A DNA stretch of 61,749 nt from Deltaproteobacteria bacterium (GCA_038150265.1 JAYOTF010000002.1:81403-143151); one strand, 5' to 3'; numbered from the stretch's first letter, positions 1 through 9,100 are shown. Made by a program: numbers and translations. The notes: generated by a model not told the origin, from the sequence alone.

Positions 1-4
1 ATTT

Positions 5-748
5 ATGCACCCAATTAATCGTTTTCTGTGTGCTCTGCTTCTTGGGGGGCTGAGCCTGACCGCTTCTTCAGCGCAGGCGGTCACGTCCGAGGAGCAGGCC
101 GACCGCATTCAGCAGGTCTACTCCTTCATCCTGGATTTCCGTTCCAACGCGGCTCCGTTGCCTGAAGAGAGTGGGACGCTGGACCTTCAGGCGGATCTGC
201 TGCTGATGCCAGAGATTGACAACCGCGTGGGCGCGAAGAATGAGCCGGTGGATACGCTTCCGGTGGTGCCTCGGCTTCGGGGACGTTACCACCTGCCCTT
301 CGGACTGGTGCTGGGCCTTGCAGGCTCTCCGGGCATTCCCACCGGCTCTCAGACGGCAACCTTCTGGCAGGGAGAACTCGATTGGCGGGGCCGAGCGGGC
401 AACCTGGTGTTTGGTGCCCGGACGTCGCTCTCCTCCTGGAAGGTCGTTGGCGCCATGACCACCAAGGAGTACGACGACACCTTCCGGATTGAGCAGAACA
501 ACCTGGATGGACGCATCGGCTGGGACCTCGGAGGCTGGATTCCCTATGCCGGTTACGGCACCGGTCAGCAGGACCTGAGCCTGCTGATTGGCGAAGATGA
601 CGTCTTGCTGGAACTCAAGGACCAATCCTTTGCGTATCAGTTTATTGGGCTGGAGCTGCGCTGGAGCGACTGGGATTTTGTGGTGGAGCAGCACCAGACC
701 GAAGACTTTTTGCAGCACATTCAGTTTTCAGTAAAAAGGAGGTTTTGA
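5..748 (+). CDS. Exported protein, probable outer-membrane beta-barrel
   Basis: Signal peptide ending AQA, alternating-residue beta strands, C-terminal Phe (QFSVKRRF); overlaps the next gene. Confidence 0.6.
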   Translation: MHPINRFLCALLLGGLSLTASSAQAVTSEEQADRIQQVYSFILDFRSNAAPLPEESGTLDLQADLLLMPEIDNRVGAKNEPVDTLPVVPRLRGRYHLPFGLVLGLAGSPGIPTGSQTATFWQGELDWRGRAGNLVFGARTSLSSWKVVGAMTTKEYDDTFRIEQNNLDGRIGWDLGGWIPYAGYGTGQQDLSLLIGEDDVLLELKDQSFAYQFIGLELRWSDWDFVVEQHQTEDFLQHIQFSVKRRF

Positions 749-1176
749 TGCGTCAGGCTTGGAGAAAGTGGGGAGTGGGGATTGGATTGCTGCTCTCCTT
801 GAGCATGATGGGATGCTCCAATGCAGATACGCTGGGGGGAGAGGCTCCGGACGAAACCGTCATTACCGGAACGCCCACCTGGAATAACGGCATCAGCGAA
901 ATCGTCCAGAACAAGTGCGGCACCTGCCACGTGGTGCCTGCGACCGAGTACACGCCTGCCAGCATCCGAAGCTACAACCTGAATCTGAATGTCTACGCGG
1001 GAGACAACTCCACGGTCCGAGGGGCCGACAACCTGGGGTCCTGGATCACCGGGGGCATCCTCGAGCAGCCCATGGGCAGCATTCGCCAGATGCCACTGGA
1101 TTACGCCACTCCGCTGACGGATCGGGAAATTGGCTACCTCCAAACCTGGGCGGCCAACGGAGTCCCCGAATCCTGA
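745..1176 (+). CDS. Monoheme c-type cytochrome lipoprotein (planctomycete cytochrome c-like fold)
   Basis: Lipobox MMGC; CGTCH heme motif; distal QMP; terminal helix LTDREIGYLQTWAANG. Confidence 0.8.
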   Translation: MMRQAWRKWGVGIGLLLSLSMMGCSNADTLGGEAPDETVITGTPTWNNGISEIVQNKCGTCHVVPATEYTPASIRSYNLNLNVYAGDNSTVRGADNLGSWITGGILEQPMGSIRQMPLDYATPLTDREIGYLQTWAANGVPES

Positions 1177-1187
1177 ACCTCTGTTAG

Positions 1188-1227
1188 CCCCGTAAAAATC
1201 CCCATTTACCCGTAAAAATCCCCATTT
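1188..1227 (+). promoter_or_regulatory. Tandem direct repeat, putative upstream activator sequence for a sigma54 activator
   Basis: CCCGTAAAAATCCCCATTT twice at 20-bp period, about 120 bp upstream of a -24/-12 motif; matches the motif at 11663-11708. Confidence 0.65.
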
Positions 1228-1292
1228 CTTGCTGAGGCCTCCGATGTCCGGGGGCTTTTGCGCCCTCCGTGATCTTTTCAAAAGAATTAATG

Positions 1293-1305
1293 TTTCAAAG
1301 AGTTA
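1293..1305 (+). promoter_or_regulatory. Putative IHF site
   Basis: TTTCAAAGAGTTA, one mismatch to WATCARNNNNTTR, lying between the repeat and the sigma54 motif. Confidence 0.5.
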
Positions 1306-1346
1306 CACTTCTCTTGTTTTAAGAGAACGTGACCCTTGAGGGCACT

Positions 1347-1362
1347 CGGTATATCCGTTGCT
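1347..1362 (+). promoter_or_regulatory. Putative sigma54 (-24/-12) promoter
   Basis: CGGTATATCCGTTGCT = GG-N10-GC with TTGC, about 100 bp before the ATG at 1465. Confidence 0.6.
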
Positions 1363-1464
1363 GCTAAGAATGGCTTGTCCAGGTTTCTCCCCAAACTGGG
1401 GGTGAGCCTGGGGAAGGAGGAGCCCATCGGGGGCTCCGGTTTCTTAACATCAATGGAGGCGTAA

Positions 1465-2538
1465 ATGCTGAAGCTAGTGAAGCGGATGGCGCATACCGCT
1501 GTCGCCCTGCTGGGACTCTTCGGAACCGCAGAGGCGCAAGAGAACAAGGTTGAGATGTGTCTGAACGAGGCCATCCAGGTTTATGCGAACTGTATTGGAA
1601 ACTCGCAGGTGGGTTACAAGAACGACCCGAGTGCAAAGGCCGTGGAGATCATTGGGGACTGGGTTACCGCCGGGGCACCGAATGGTGAGTTTCAGTACAA
1701 GGGAGCAAACGGCGACCTGTATTCGGGAAACTTTGAGGAAGACATCCTGCCTCTCTTCACCAAAGCGGGGGTGTGGTACGAAGGATCTCGCTCTTGTGCC
1801 AGCTGCCACAACGGCAACACCGAAAACTCCTACCATGAGATGGATCTCAGCTCGTATGACGGCATCATGAAGGGCGGTGATGTCCTGTCCAGTCCCCCGG
1901 GAGTGGCAATTCTGGGACAATCCGGATTTGGCGCTACCGATTATGACTGGGGACACTCCAAGATGCGTGCTCGCCTGCGCAACAACCGCATGCCTCCAGG
2001 CTGGCCGGAAGACCTCTCGGAGGTCAACCGTGATGGCCCCTGTGTGGAAGTCACCGCTGCCGGTGCCACGATTCCGGGCTCAAAGGGAAAGGGGTCGCTG
2101 GAGTATGGCTGCGACCTCAATGCTGTGGGCTTGCTGGAAGCCTGGGTGAACGCGGGTGCCAAGAAGACGGAGAGCTTCAACTACGGGGGCCAGGCCGTCA
2201 ACTTTGAGCGAGACGTGAAGCAGCTCTTCACCGAAGGCAACATGTGGTACAACGGCTCGGCACCGTGTTCCAGCTGCCACTTTGGCAACACCGACCTCTC
2301 TTACCACGAGATGGACCTCGGCTCGTATGAGGGCATCATGAAGGGCGGAGACGTGGTGTCCAATCCACCGGGAGTCCCGCTGCTTGGGCACAGTGCAACC
2401 GGAGAGACCGACTACGATTGGGAGCATTCCAAGTTGCGGGAACGCCTGCGCAACAACCGGATGCCCATCGGCATCGCCTTCGACATTACGGAAGAGAACC
2501 GAGACGGGCCCATGGTTCTGCACGGCAAGCGACAGTGA
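1465..2538 (+). CDS. Periplasmic diheme c-type cytochrome with internal duplication
   Basis: GGAGG RBS; signal peptide ending AEA; two ~125-aa repeats with CASCH and CSSCH, each followed by YHEMDLxSYxGIMKGG and RNNRMP. Confidence 0.85.
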   Translation: MLKLVKRMAHTAVALLGLFGTAEAQENKVEMCLNEAIQVYANCIGNSQVGYKNDPSAKAVEIIGDWVTAGAPNGEFQYKGANGDLYSGNFEEDILPLFTKAGVWYEGSRSCASCHNGNTENSYHEMDLSSYDGIMKGGDVLSSPPGVAILGQSGFGATDYDWGHSKMRARLRNNRMPPGWPEDLSEVNRDGPCVEVTAAGATIPGSKGKGSLEYGCDLNAVGLLEAWVNAGAKKTESFNYGGQAVNFERDVKQLFTEGNMWYNGSAPCSSCHFGNTDLSYHEMDLGSYEGIMKGGDVVSNPPGVPLLGHSATGETDYDWEHSKLRERLRNNRMPIGIAFDITEENRDGPMVLHGKRQ

Positions 2539-3674
2539 GGTTCATCCTCCTGCTGAGCCTGGCCCTGGGGCTGGGTGGGTTCTGGAGCGGTCCGGAGGCT
2601 CAGGCCTCCGAGCCGTTACAGGTGCAGCCGAACTGGATGCTGCAAACGGAAGCCCCGTTCAACCTGTCGCCTCGTATTCAAGGAGACACGGTGCTGGCGG
2701 CTTCCGGAACCTCGCTCTGGGCCGTGGATTTGGCCTCCGGGGCCGTCCGTTGGCGCTTCCAGCCTCCGGAAGGTCTGTGGGAACGCTCCTTTACGTCTTC
2801 TGAAGCTCTGGTCTGGGTGGCCCTCCAGGACCGTTCTCTGGTGGCATTGGACCGCAAGAGTGGCCGCTTGGTGTGGAAGCAGGGCCTGGGGCTTCAGGCT
2901 CAGGTCGCACCGCTCCTCGCGGATGGGGTCCTGTATGTGGTGACGTCCCGTGTGGGCGAGCCGCTGCAGACCCTGAACGAGCCGACCTCCATTTTGGCTC
3001 TCCGGGCAACCGATGGCACCGTGCTCTGGAAGCAGGAGTCGTCGCATTACGCCATGCAGACACCTGTGCTCAGCGACGGTTGGCTGTACATTGGGGGAAG
3101 CTACTATGCTCCAGAGATTGAGGTCGACGAAGGAGGGCCCATGATGCTGGTCAGCCTGAACGCCACTTCCGGAGCCCGGCGCTGGGAGGTGCGACGCACC
3201 GAGGGCTTTGTCAAGGCCCTGCATGCAACGGCAGAACGCCTCGTGTTCATTGCGTATCAGGATTTCCTGGTGGGGCTCTCAGCGACCGATGGTTCGTTTC
3301 TCTGGAAGCGGGACACGGGCAACTGGGTCCCTTCGCTGACTGGAGTGGACCAGGTGGTGTACTGGGGCTCGGCCAATACGCGTGTGTTTGCGTATGAGGT
3401 CCAGTCGGGCACCCGGCTCTGGGAGTACGACATTCCGTGGGGCTCCTTCAATTACCTCCTGGGGGCACCGGCCGTGTTTGACCAACGCCTCTACGGCCTC
3501 TCCCAACGCGGGTACCTCTTTGTGCTTGAGGAAACGACCGGACGGGAGCAGTGGACGGCTGCTACTGGACTGACGTCTCGGGTGGGAGCCGCATTTGCCC
3601 CGGGACACGCCGTGATTGGAGATGAAGAGGGGCGGCTGGCAGGGTTTTCGATTCCGACAGCTGGATCAGAGTGA
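2535..3674 (+). CDS. Exported PQQ-like/BamB-type beta-propeller protein
   Basis: GTG start overlaps the upstream TGA; signal peptide; repeated AxDxxxGxxxW blades. Confidence 0.8.
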   Translation: MRFILLLSLALGLGGFWSGPEAQASEPLQVQPNWMLQTEAPFNLSPRIQGDTVLAASGTSLWAVDLASGAVRWRFQPPEGLWERSFTSSEALVWVALQDRSLVALDRKSGRLVWKQGLGLQAQVAPLLADGVLYVVTSRVGEPLQTLNEPTSILALRATDGTVLWKQESSHYAMQTPVLSDGWLYIGGSYYAPEIEVDEGGPMMLVSLNATSGARRWEVRRTEGFVKALHATAERLVFIAYQDFLVGLSATDGSFLWKRDTGNWVPSLTGVDQVVYWGSANTRVFAYEVQSGTRLWEYDIPWGSFNYLLGAPAVFDQRLYGLSQRGYLFVLEETTGREQWTAATGLTSRVGAAFAPGHAVIGDEEGRLAGFSIPTAGSE

Positions 3675-4262
3675 ACTGAACCCATTGACCTGGTCGGTCC
3701 GGAGGTGCAGGAGAATGGCCAGGTCATCAGCCGGCTCCGCAATGACGCCTCCGGCGACTGGGGGCACCACGATCTGTAGCAGGGAAAACGAGGTGTCCTG
3801 CTCACCCGTGATGACGGCATACCCCTGTGCCGGCTTGACCTGAAGCGCAAATGCCATCAGGTGGGGGACCCCGCCAATCTCCAACTCGCCTTCCAAACGA
3901 AACGCTCCTCCCTGCTGTACCGCCTTGACCTCCTCCCGAGGGACCCAGCGTGAGATAAAGACCAGGTCCGGATACTGGTCGGCCTTGAGGATCTCCTGAA
4001 CGCTGCTGTCGCGCATGGAACTGTCGGAATCGAACGATGCCACCGGCGCAGTGACGGTGAACCGGACCCGATTCCCATCGGCTTCCATGCGTGCCGAAAC
4101 ATCGCAGCTCTTGCCGATGACCTCCACGTCAGCCATCAAAAACATTTCCTTGTGGGTCCGGTACGCCAGACAGTGGTCGTCCGGAGCAAAGAGAGCCTCT
4201 TGCGCTCCAGCAGCAGACGTCTGGAGCAAGAGCCCTCCAAAAAGAAGCCAAAGCGCTTTCAT
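3666..4262 (-). CDS. YceI-like lipid/polyisoprenoid-binding protein
   Basis: Signal peptide; PVASFDSDSSMRD..V..IL.ADQYP.L.F and GELEIGGV motifs. Confidence 0.75.
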   Translation of the reverse strand: MKALWLLFGGLLLQTSAAGAQEALFAPDDHCLAYRTHKEMFLMADVEVIGKSCDVSARMEADGNRVRFTVTAPVASFDSDSSMRDSSVQEILKADQYPDLVFISRWVPREEVKAVQQGGAFRLEGELEIGGVPHLMAFALQVKPAQGYAVITGEQDTSFSLLQIVVPPVAGGVIAEPADDLAILLHLRTDQVNGFSSL

Positions 4263-4277
4263 GAATGTGTCCTCGGG

Positions 4278-4736
4278 TCAGGTCGTGATGGTAATGGTGC
4301 CTCCACTCTCGGAGACGGTGTAGGACGTGAGTGTGTAATTGGTCGATCCTCCACTTGGACCGCTGGTGCAGGAGCCTTGAAAGTTGAAAAGGGCTCCATG
4401 TCCCCCAGTGGCGATTTTGCACTCAATGGAATCTGAGCCACTCACAAAGGATAAGGTGCTGCCGGCGTGAGGGCAAGTCCCGCTAAAGGCACGGAGGGTT
4501 CCCGAGCTGTCTCGGCAGACCAGCATCTCTCCCGAGATTCCGGAGTAGTCGCTGCTGGTGAGGGCAAGGGTGCTGCTGTTAGCGGATAGCGTGGTGGTGT
4601 CAGCAGAGTCGAGGGTGATTTCTGTTCCGCTGCTGGGAGGGGTTCCACCATCGCTGGAGGAGCAGCCTCCAATGAGGCCACAGGCGGCACAGACGGTCAC
4701 GGCAGAGTGTTGGAGGAACTCACGTCGATTTTTCAT
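4278..4736 (-). CDS. Tat-exported Rieske [2Fe-2S] lipoprotein
   Basis: NRREFL Tat motif; lipobox IGGC; CPHAG box and C-x6-HGALF second box. Confidence 0.75.
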   Translation of the reverse strand: MKNRREFLQHSAVTVCAACGLIGGCSSSDGGTPPSSGTEITLDSADTTTLSANSSTLALTSSDYSGISGEMLVCRDSSGTLRAFSGTCPHAGSTLSFVSGSDSIECKIATGGHGALFNFQGSCTSGPSGGSTNYTLTSYTVSESGGTITITT

Positions 4737-4762
4737 AGATTCTCTCGAAAGGGGGCGGAGGG

Positions 4763-6376
4763 TCAGCTGTCCAGCCCGTGTTTTTCCAGCCGGTACCGCA
4801 TTTGGTCGCGGCTGAGGTTGAGGAGGCGGGCCGCCCCCGTAACGTTGTGGCGTGTTTGCTCCAGGGCCTGCTTGAGGAGATTTTGCTCCAGCAGGGTGAG
4901 GTCCACGCCATCCTCGGGAATCGGATGCTCCCAGCCTGGGGCCTGAGTCCAGTCGAAGTGGTGCCGTTGGAGGCGGAACTCAAACTCCTTTTCTGTCATG
5001 TGCAGCAACCGCGCAGCAGCATCCGGATCGCCGGAGGTCTGCTGGAGCGCCTGAGCCAGGATTCGCGGCTCGACTTCGAGGAGAGCCAAGCCATCTTCGG
5101 GCAACTGAAACAGAGGCCCCTTGCTGGAGCTGCTGGCAGCCAAGGGCATGGGAGCACTGGGCGTTTGCAGGTGCTGCAGGTGGGTGAAGCTCAGCTGATC
5201 CAGCCCATGGAAGAGAACACTGCGCTCCACCTCGTTCTTCAGCTCCCGGATGTTGCCAGGCCACGAATGCTGCTTGAGCATCCGCTCATTATCGACGGAC
5301 AGATGGAGCTGATTCGAATCATGAGGCATGGCGTACTTGCGGAGGGCCTCCCGGAGGAACTCCTGAGCCAGGGCGGGGATTTCTTCCGCCATCCCGCGCA
5401 GCGGAGGCAGGTGCAGGTGGATCAGGGCCAGACGGTGGTAGAGGTCTTCCCGGAAGGTGCCCTCCCGGACCGCCTGGGCCAGGTCGATGTTGGTTGCCGC
5501 AATGATCCGGACATCCAGCTCGGTTTCGCGTCCGCCTCCGATGCGTCGGATGCGTTTGTCTTCAATCACCTTGAGAAGCTTGGCCTGGAGGCCGAGGGGA
5601 ATGTGCCCGATTTCATCAAGGAAGATGGTGCCGCCGTTGGCCAGCTCGAAGAGGCCGGCTCGTTGGGAGACGGCTCCGGTGAAGGCGCCTTTTTCGTGTC
5701 CGAACAGCTCAGACTCCACCATCGTCTCCGGAATCGCCGTGCTGTTGATCTCAATGAAGGGCTCGGCGCTTCTGGGAGATTGCTGGTGGATGCGCCGAGC
5801 CAGCACGCCCTTGCCGGTTCCGGTCTCTCCGGTGATGAGGATGGAAGGCGCCTCGCCGCTTTGGTTCTCAATGCTGAGGAGGCGCTGCACCCGGGCTTCA
5901 ATCTCGGCATAGGCCGAAGACGTGAGGGCAAACGGTTCGGCGCCTTCACCAATCTGCCGGGCCTGCTGTCGGTGGTAGCGGACCTCCTGCTGCAGGCGTG
6001 TGTTCCGGAGCACTCGGGCGACTGACAGCTCCAGGGTGGCCAGGTCGAGGGGCTTGCTGAGGTAATCCGCTGCGCCTTCCCGGATGGCCTTGACGGCGTC
6101 CGGGATGCTGCTGTGGGCAGTAATGAGGATGATGGGCGTCTGAGGCTGGTACTCCAGCACCCAGTGGAGGAGGTCCAGGCCGCTCTTTCCCGGCAGTTTG
6201 ATATCCGAGACAATGATGTCGACCGATTCGTTGCGCAAGAAGCCAATGGCGGCTTCCACGCTCTCAAACCACTCGCACTGGTGGTGCTCAGACAGGTAGC
6301 GCTGGATGCTTTTTCCGAGCAAACGCTCGTCCTCCACCAAGAGGATCTTGGCGTGAGGCACAGAACTCAAGGGCAC
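4763..6376 (-). CDS. Sigma54-dependent response regulator (NtrC family) with two tandem C-terminal Fis-type HTH modules
   Basis: Receiver domain (VEDE, SDIKLP, SKP); GETGTGK; ESELFGHEKGAFTGA; FREDLYHRL; WPGNIREL; two QAL...AARLL modules. Confidence 0.95.
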   Translation of the reverse strand: MPLSSVPHAKILLVEDERLLGKSIQRYLSEHHQCEWFESVEAAIGFLRNESVDIIVSDIKLPGKSGLDLLHWVLEYQPQTPIILITAHSSIPDAVKAIREGAADYLSKPLDLATLELSVARVLRNTRLQQEVRYHRQQARQIGEGAEPFALTSSAYAEIEARVQRLLSIENQSGEAPSILITGETGTGKGVLARRIHQQSPRSAEPFIEINSTAIPETMVESELFGHEKGAFTGAVSQRAGLFELANGGTIFLDEIGHIPLGLQAKLLKVIEDKRIRRIGGGRETELDVRIIAATNIDLAQAVREGTFREDLYHRLALIHLHLPPLRGMAEEIPALAQEFLREALRKYAMPHDSNQLHLSVDNERMLKQHSWPGNIRELKNEVERSVLFHGLDQLSFTHLQHLQTPSAPMPLAASSSSKGPLFQLPEDGLALLEVEPRILAQALQQTSGDPDAAARLLHMTEKEFEFRLQRHHFDWTQAPGWEHPIPEDGVDLTLLEQNLLKQALEQTRHNVTGAARLLNLSRDQMRYRLEKHGLDS

Positions 6377-6382
6377 AGGCAG

Positions 6383-7540
6383 TTACTCCGGAATCTTGAT
6401 GTGGGCGTCTTCAAAGGAGCCATACTCGGCATATTGATGACACGCAGAACAGTTGACCTGGCTCATCACGGATTGGCGCTCAAATACTGCAGGGTCCACC
6501 TCGGAGTGCTTCTCTTTCCAGTAGGGCGTCTCTGTGATGCGGAAGGGGGTTTCGTTGGCAGGAATGGAGTCAAGGATGCGGAAGGAGGCTTCGCTCTTGT
6601 GCTGCTCCGCAGAGTGAGCAGTGGCATAGGCCAGGAGCTCTTGCGTCGTTTCTTCATCCAGGCTGGCGTCTTCCCCAAAGTGGTCCTCCAGCCCGGCGAA
6701 GAGGGCCTCCCAGGACCGCTTGGGGAGCAGGCTGGGGTGGAAGCCAACGTGGCAGGCCGCGCATTCTTCCTGATACAACTCATGTCCCGGGGGCGGGCTT
6801 TGGGTGAGGGCCTGCTGCGTCAGCTCGTCATGAAACTCCAGGGGCAGCAGCAACGCGGCTCCGAGTCCAGTGAAGCCGAGGGCGATGAGGAAGAGGTTCT
6901 GCACCCAGGCATGAGGGACGACGCTGCGGGCGGAGAGGTTGGCGCCGGGAACGTCACGCTTGTAGCCCGTGACCATGCCCCAGGGGAGATTCTGGCGCTG
7001 CGCCCAGCTTTCCAGACTGGCGGCCAGGACGTGTCCGGTGATGAGGACCAGCAGACCGTAGGCCAGGATATTGTGGAGGATGTGAGCATTGATGCCCCAC
7101 TCTCGACTGATCAGGCCTCCCAAGACGCCGATGCGCTCTTCCCCCGAAACGATCATGCCTCCGGTGACCGCCAGGGCCACCAGCACTGCCAGCAGCGTGA
7201 CCATCATCCAGCCGGCAGCCGGATTGTGCCCCAACTCCAGGATTGGGCCCTTTGCCCGTTCCTTGAGGTAGTGAAGGACCTCTTGGGGGGAGGCGACAAA
7301 CTCCCGGAAGCGGACAAAGCCGTTGCCGATCCAGCCCCAGACCATCCGGAAGCCCAGGAGCAGCACCAGGAGGCGTCCAAACCAGATGTGGACGTCAAGC
7401 ATCCACTCCCAGAAGGTGGTGATCCACGCGCCGGTGACGGTGATCACCAGCGCCCAGTGAAAGATCCGGGTGGGGAGGTCCCAGACCTTGACCCGCTCAA
7501 AAGGAGTGGGGTCAACGCGGGATGCGAACGTAGTCTTCAT
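6383..7540 (-). CDS. Cytochrome b (Ni-hydrogenase CytB type) fused to a diheme cytochrome c (DHC) domain
   Basis: VKVWDLPTRIFHW, HIWFG, GHNP; C-terminal ECAACH, LEDHFGEDASL, NCSACH; start placed at MKTTF. Confidence 0.9.
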   Translation of the reverse strand: MKTTFASRVDPTPFERVKVWDLPTRIFHWALVITVTGAWITTFWEWMLDVHIWFGRLLVLLLGFRMVWGWIGNGFVRFREFVASPQEVLHYLKERAKGPILELGHNPAAGWMMVTLLAVLVALAVTGGMIVSGEERIGVLGGLISREWGINAHILHNILAYGLLVLITGHVLAASLESWAQRQNLPWGMVTGYKRDVPGANLSARSVVPHAWVQNLFLIALGFTGLGAALLLPLEFHDELTQQALTQSPPPGHELYQEECAACHVGFHPSLLPKRSWEALFAGLEDHFGEDASLDEETTQELLAYATAHSAEQHKSEASFRILDSIPANETPFRITETPYWKEKHSEVDPAVFERQSVMSQVNCSACHQYAEYGSFEDAHIKIPE

Positions 7541-8138
7541 TGTAGTCCCCTTGCTCGGCAGTGGTGTGGCATGCCTGGCAGTTCGCAATGGTACGGATCG
7601 ATTCACGCTTCAGCATGCCGGAAGACACGTGTTCCCGGTGCTGGCGGGCAATCCCAGGCACATTGGAGATCCGTAGGTAAAGGCGGTTGCCCATGCCGTT
7701 CATCACCCGACGGGAGATGCGGCTCCGGGACTGGTCTGCCGAGTAGGTGACCAGGTGACTCAGGATCTGCTGATTGAGGTCCGGCTCAATGGTCGCATCC
7801 TCACCAAAGTGATCCTCCAGCCCACTCATGAGCGCTTTCCAGGATTCTGCCGGAAGCAGCTCGGCCTGATAGGCCATGTGGCACGCGCCACACTCTTCCT
7901 GAAAGACAACCGGCTGATTGGGAATGGAGTCCAGCACGGGCTGAGTGGGACCTCCGGAGCTCCACCAGCTGCGCTCATTTTCTTCGCCGTGTTCCCCACG
8001 CTCGCCGTGTTCCCCACGCTCGCCGTATTCGCCTCGTTCACCGTAGTCATCGTCATCATCCCCGGCCCAGGTGGCAACCGAGCAGCTCATCATCAGACTG
8101 GCAGAGATTCCCAAGACAAGTAGTTTCTTCATGGTCAT
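7512..8138 (-). CDS. Diheme cytochrome c (DHC family)
   Basis: Signal peptide; EECGACHMAY..LLP..SW, LEDHFGEDA, NCQACHT.AEQG. Confidence 0.9.
   Translation of the reverse strand: MTMKKLLVLGISASLMMSCSVATWAGDDDDDYGERGEYGERGEHGERGEHGEENERSWWSSGGPTQPVLDSIPNQPVVFQEECGACHMAYQAELLPAESWKALMSGLEDHFGEDATIEPDLNQQILSHLVTYSADQSRSRISRRVMNGMGNRLYLRISNVPGIARQHREHVSSGMLKRESIRTIANCQACHTTAEQGDYNEDYVRIPR
7984..8043 (-). repeat. 18-bp coding tandem repeat (GERGEH/GERGEY)
   Basis: CTCGCCGTGTTCCCCACG-type units encoding YGERGEYGERGEHGERGEHGE. Confidence 0.8.
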
Positions 8139-8155
8139 GTTTCTTCCTTACAGGT

Positions 8156-8596
8156 TTAGAGAGAAAGCATATAGGTCGTGAAGTGCCCCTTTTCTTCAGC
8201 GGTGCACTCGCGTTCCAGGACCCATTTGCAGTTGCGCTTGAACCACTTGTTAATGGTTCGTGCTTTGGTGAAACGCTCGGGGTTGACAGCAGGAGAGAGC
8301 GGATCAATGTCTTTCCCCGTCTGGATGTTTTGCCCAGCCTGAGCCGGGTCTTGCGTGTGACAGGAGGCGCAGCTGCGCTTCTCGCCTTCGGAGTGGAGGT
8401 GTTCCGTGTGGTAGATCTTCTTGCCTTCTGCGGCACTGAAGCCCTGGAAGCTCGGGTTTTCGGTTTTGGCAACCTTGGCCCAGCCATCCAGCAGCTTCTG
8501 GGCATCGGGGCTGGCAGGGGTGCCGGCGTGTGCCGAAAGGCTGAAGAGCAAGGCGGCACCCAGCAGGAGGGGTTTGAACAAAGAGGAGGCAGTCAT
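8156..8596 (-). CDS. SHP-like (Sphaeroides heme protein, DUF1924) monoheme cytochrome c
   Basis: SCASCHT, PLSPAVNPERFT, KWFKRNC.WVL.RECTA.EKG; adjacent to DHC and CytB. Confidence 0.9.
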   Translation of the reverse strand: MTASSLFKPLLLGAALLFSLSAHAGTPASPDAQKLLDGWAKVAKTENPSFQGFSAAEGKKIYHTEHLHSEGEKRSCASCHTQDPAQAGQNIQTGKDIDPLSPAVNPERFTKARTINKWFKRNCKWVLERECTAEEKGHFTTYMLSL

Positions 8597-8688
8597 AATT
8601 GGGTCAACCTAATCAGGAAGAGGAGGCCCCCTCCACCAGGGAGGAGGCACAGGAAAAAGCGCCGGCGTTTCCACCGGCTGAGTTTGAC

Positions 8689-8898
8689 TTAGTCGTCGCT
8701 GTCACGGTCGCAGAACATCCCGAGGGTACAGCTGCCGTCTCGGTCCCGGTCTCCTCGACCGGAGTCCCGATCGCTGTAACCCGGAGAGTCTGAACGAAAG
8801 AGGCGGGCCTGGCATCCGGAGAGCAGCAGGCTTCCTCCCGTCAACAAGATGAGGGCGAGGACGCTCCAGCGAAGGTGAAGGGTGGATAAGGGGCTCAT
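8689..8898 (-). CDS. Small acidic lipoprotein (69 aa)
   Basis: AAGGAG RBS; lipobox LSGC; ends C-x5-CDRDSDD; paralog of the next ORF. Confidence 0.75.
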   Translation of the reverse strand: MSPLSTLHLRWSVLALILLTGGSLLLSGCQARLFRSDSPGYSDRDSGRGDRDRDGSCTLGMFCDRDSDD

Positions 8899-8926
8899 GG
8901 CAACTCCTTTACTCAAGTCCGGAGTC

Positions 8927-9100
8927 TCAATCATCGCTATCAAAGTCACACAACAGGAAGCAGTTGGCATCTCCGTCATGGTCGTTGTCTCCCATGTGGG
9001 CGGAGTGGGTCGAGCAACCCGTGAGCAACAAGGTTCCTCCGGTCAGCGCCGTGACAACCAACAGGCTCCAGCGAAGACGGAGGGTGGATAGGTACTTCAT
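8927..9100 (-). CDS. Small acidic lipoprotein (57 aa)
   Basis: AGGAG RBS; lipobox LTGC; ends C-x3-CDFDSDD. Confidence 0.75.
   Translation of the reverse strand: MKYLSTLRLRWSLLVVTALTGGTLLLTGCSTHSAHMGDNDHDGDANCFLLCDFDSDD

Noticed and set aside
2535..3674. PQQ-dependent dehydrogenase or true bamB
   Set aside because: Too short, with no recognisable quinoprotein catalytic motifs; no lipobox or bamB gene context.
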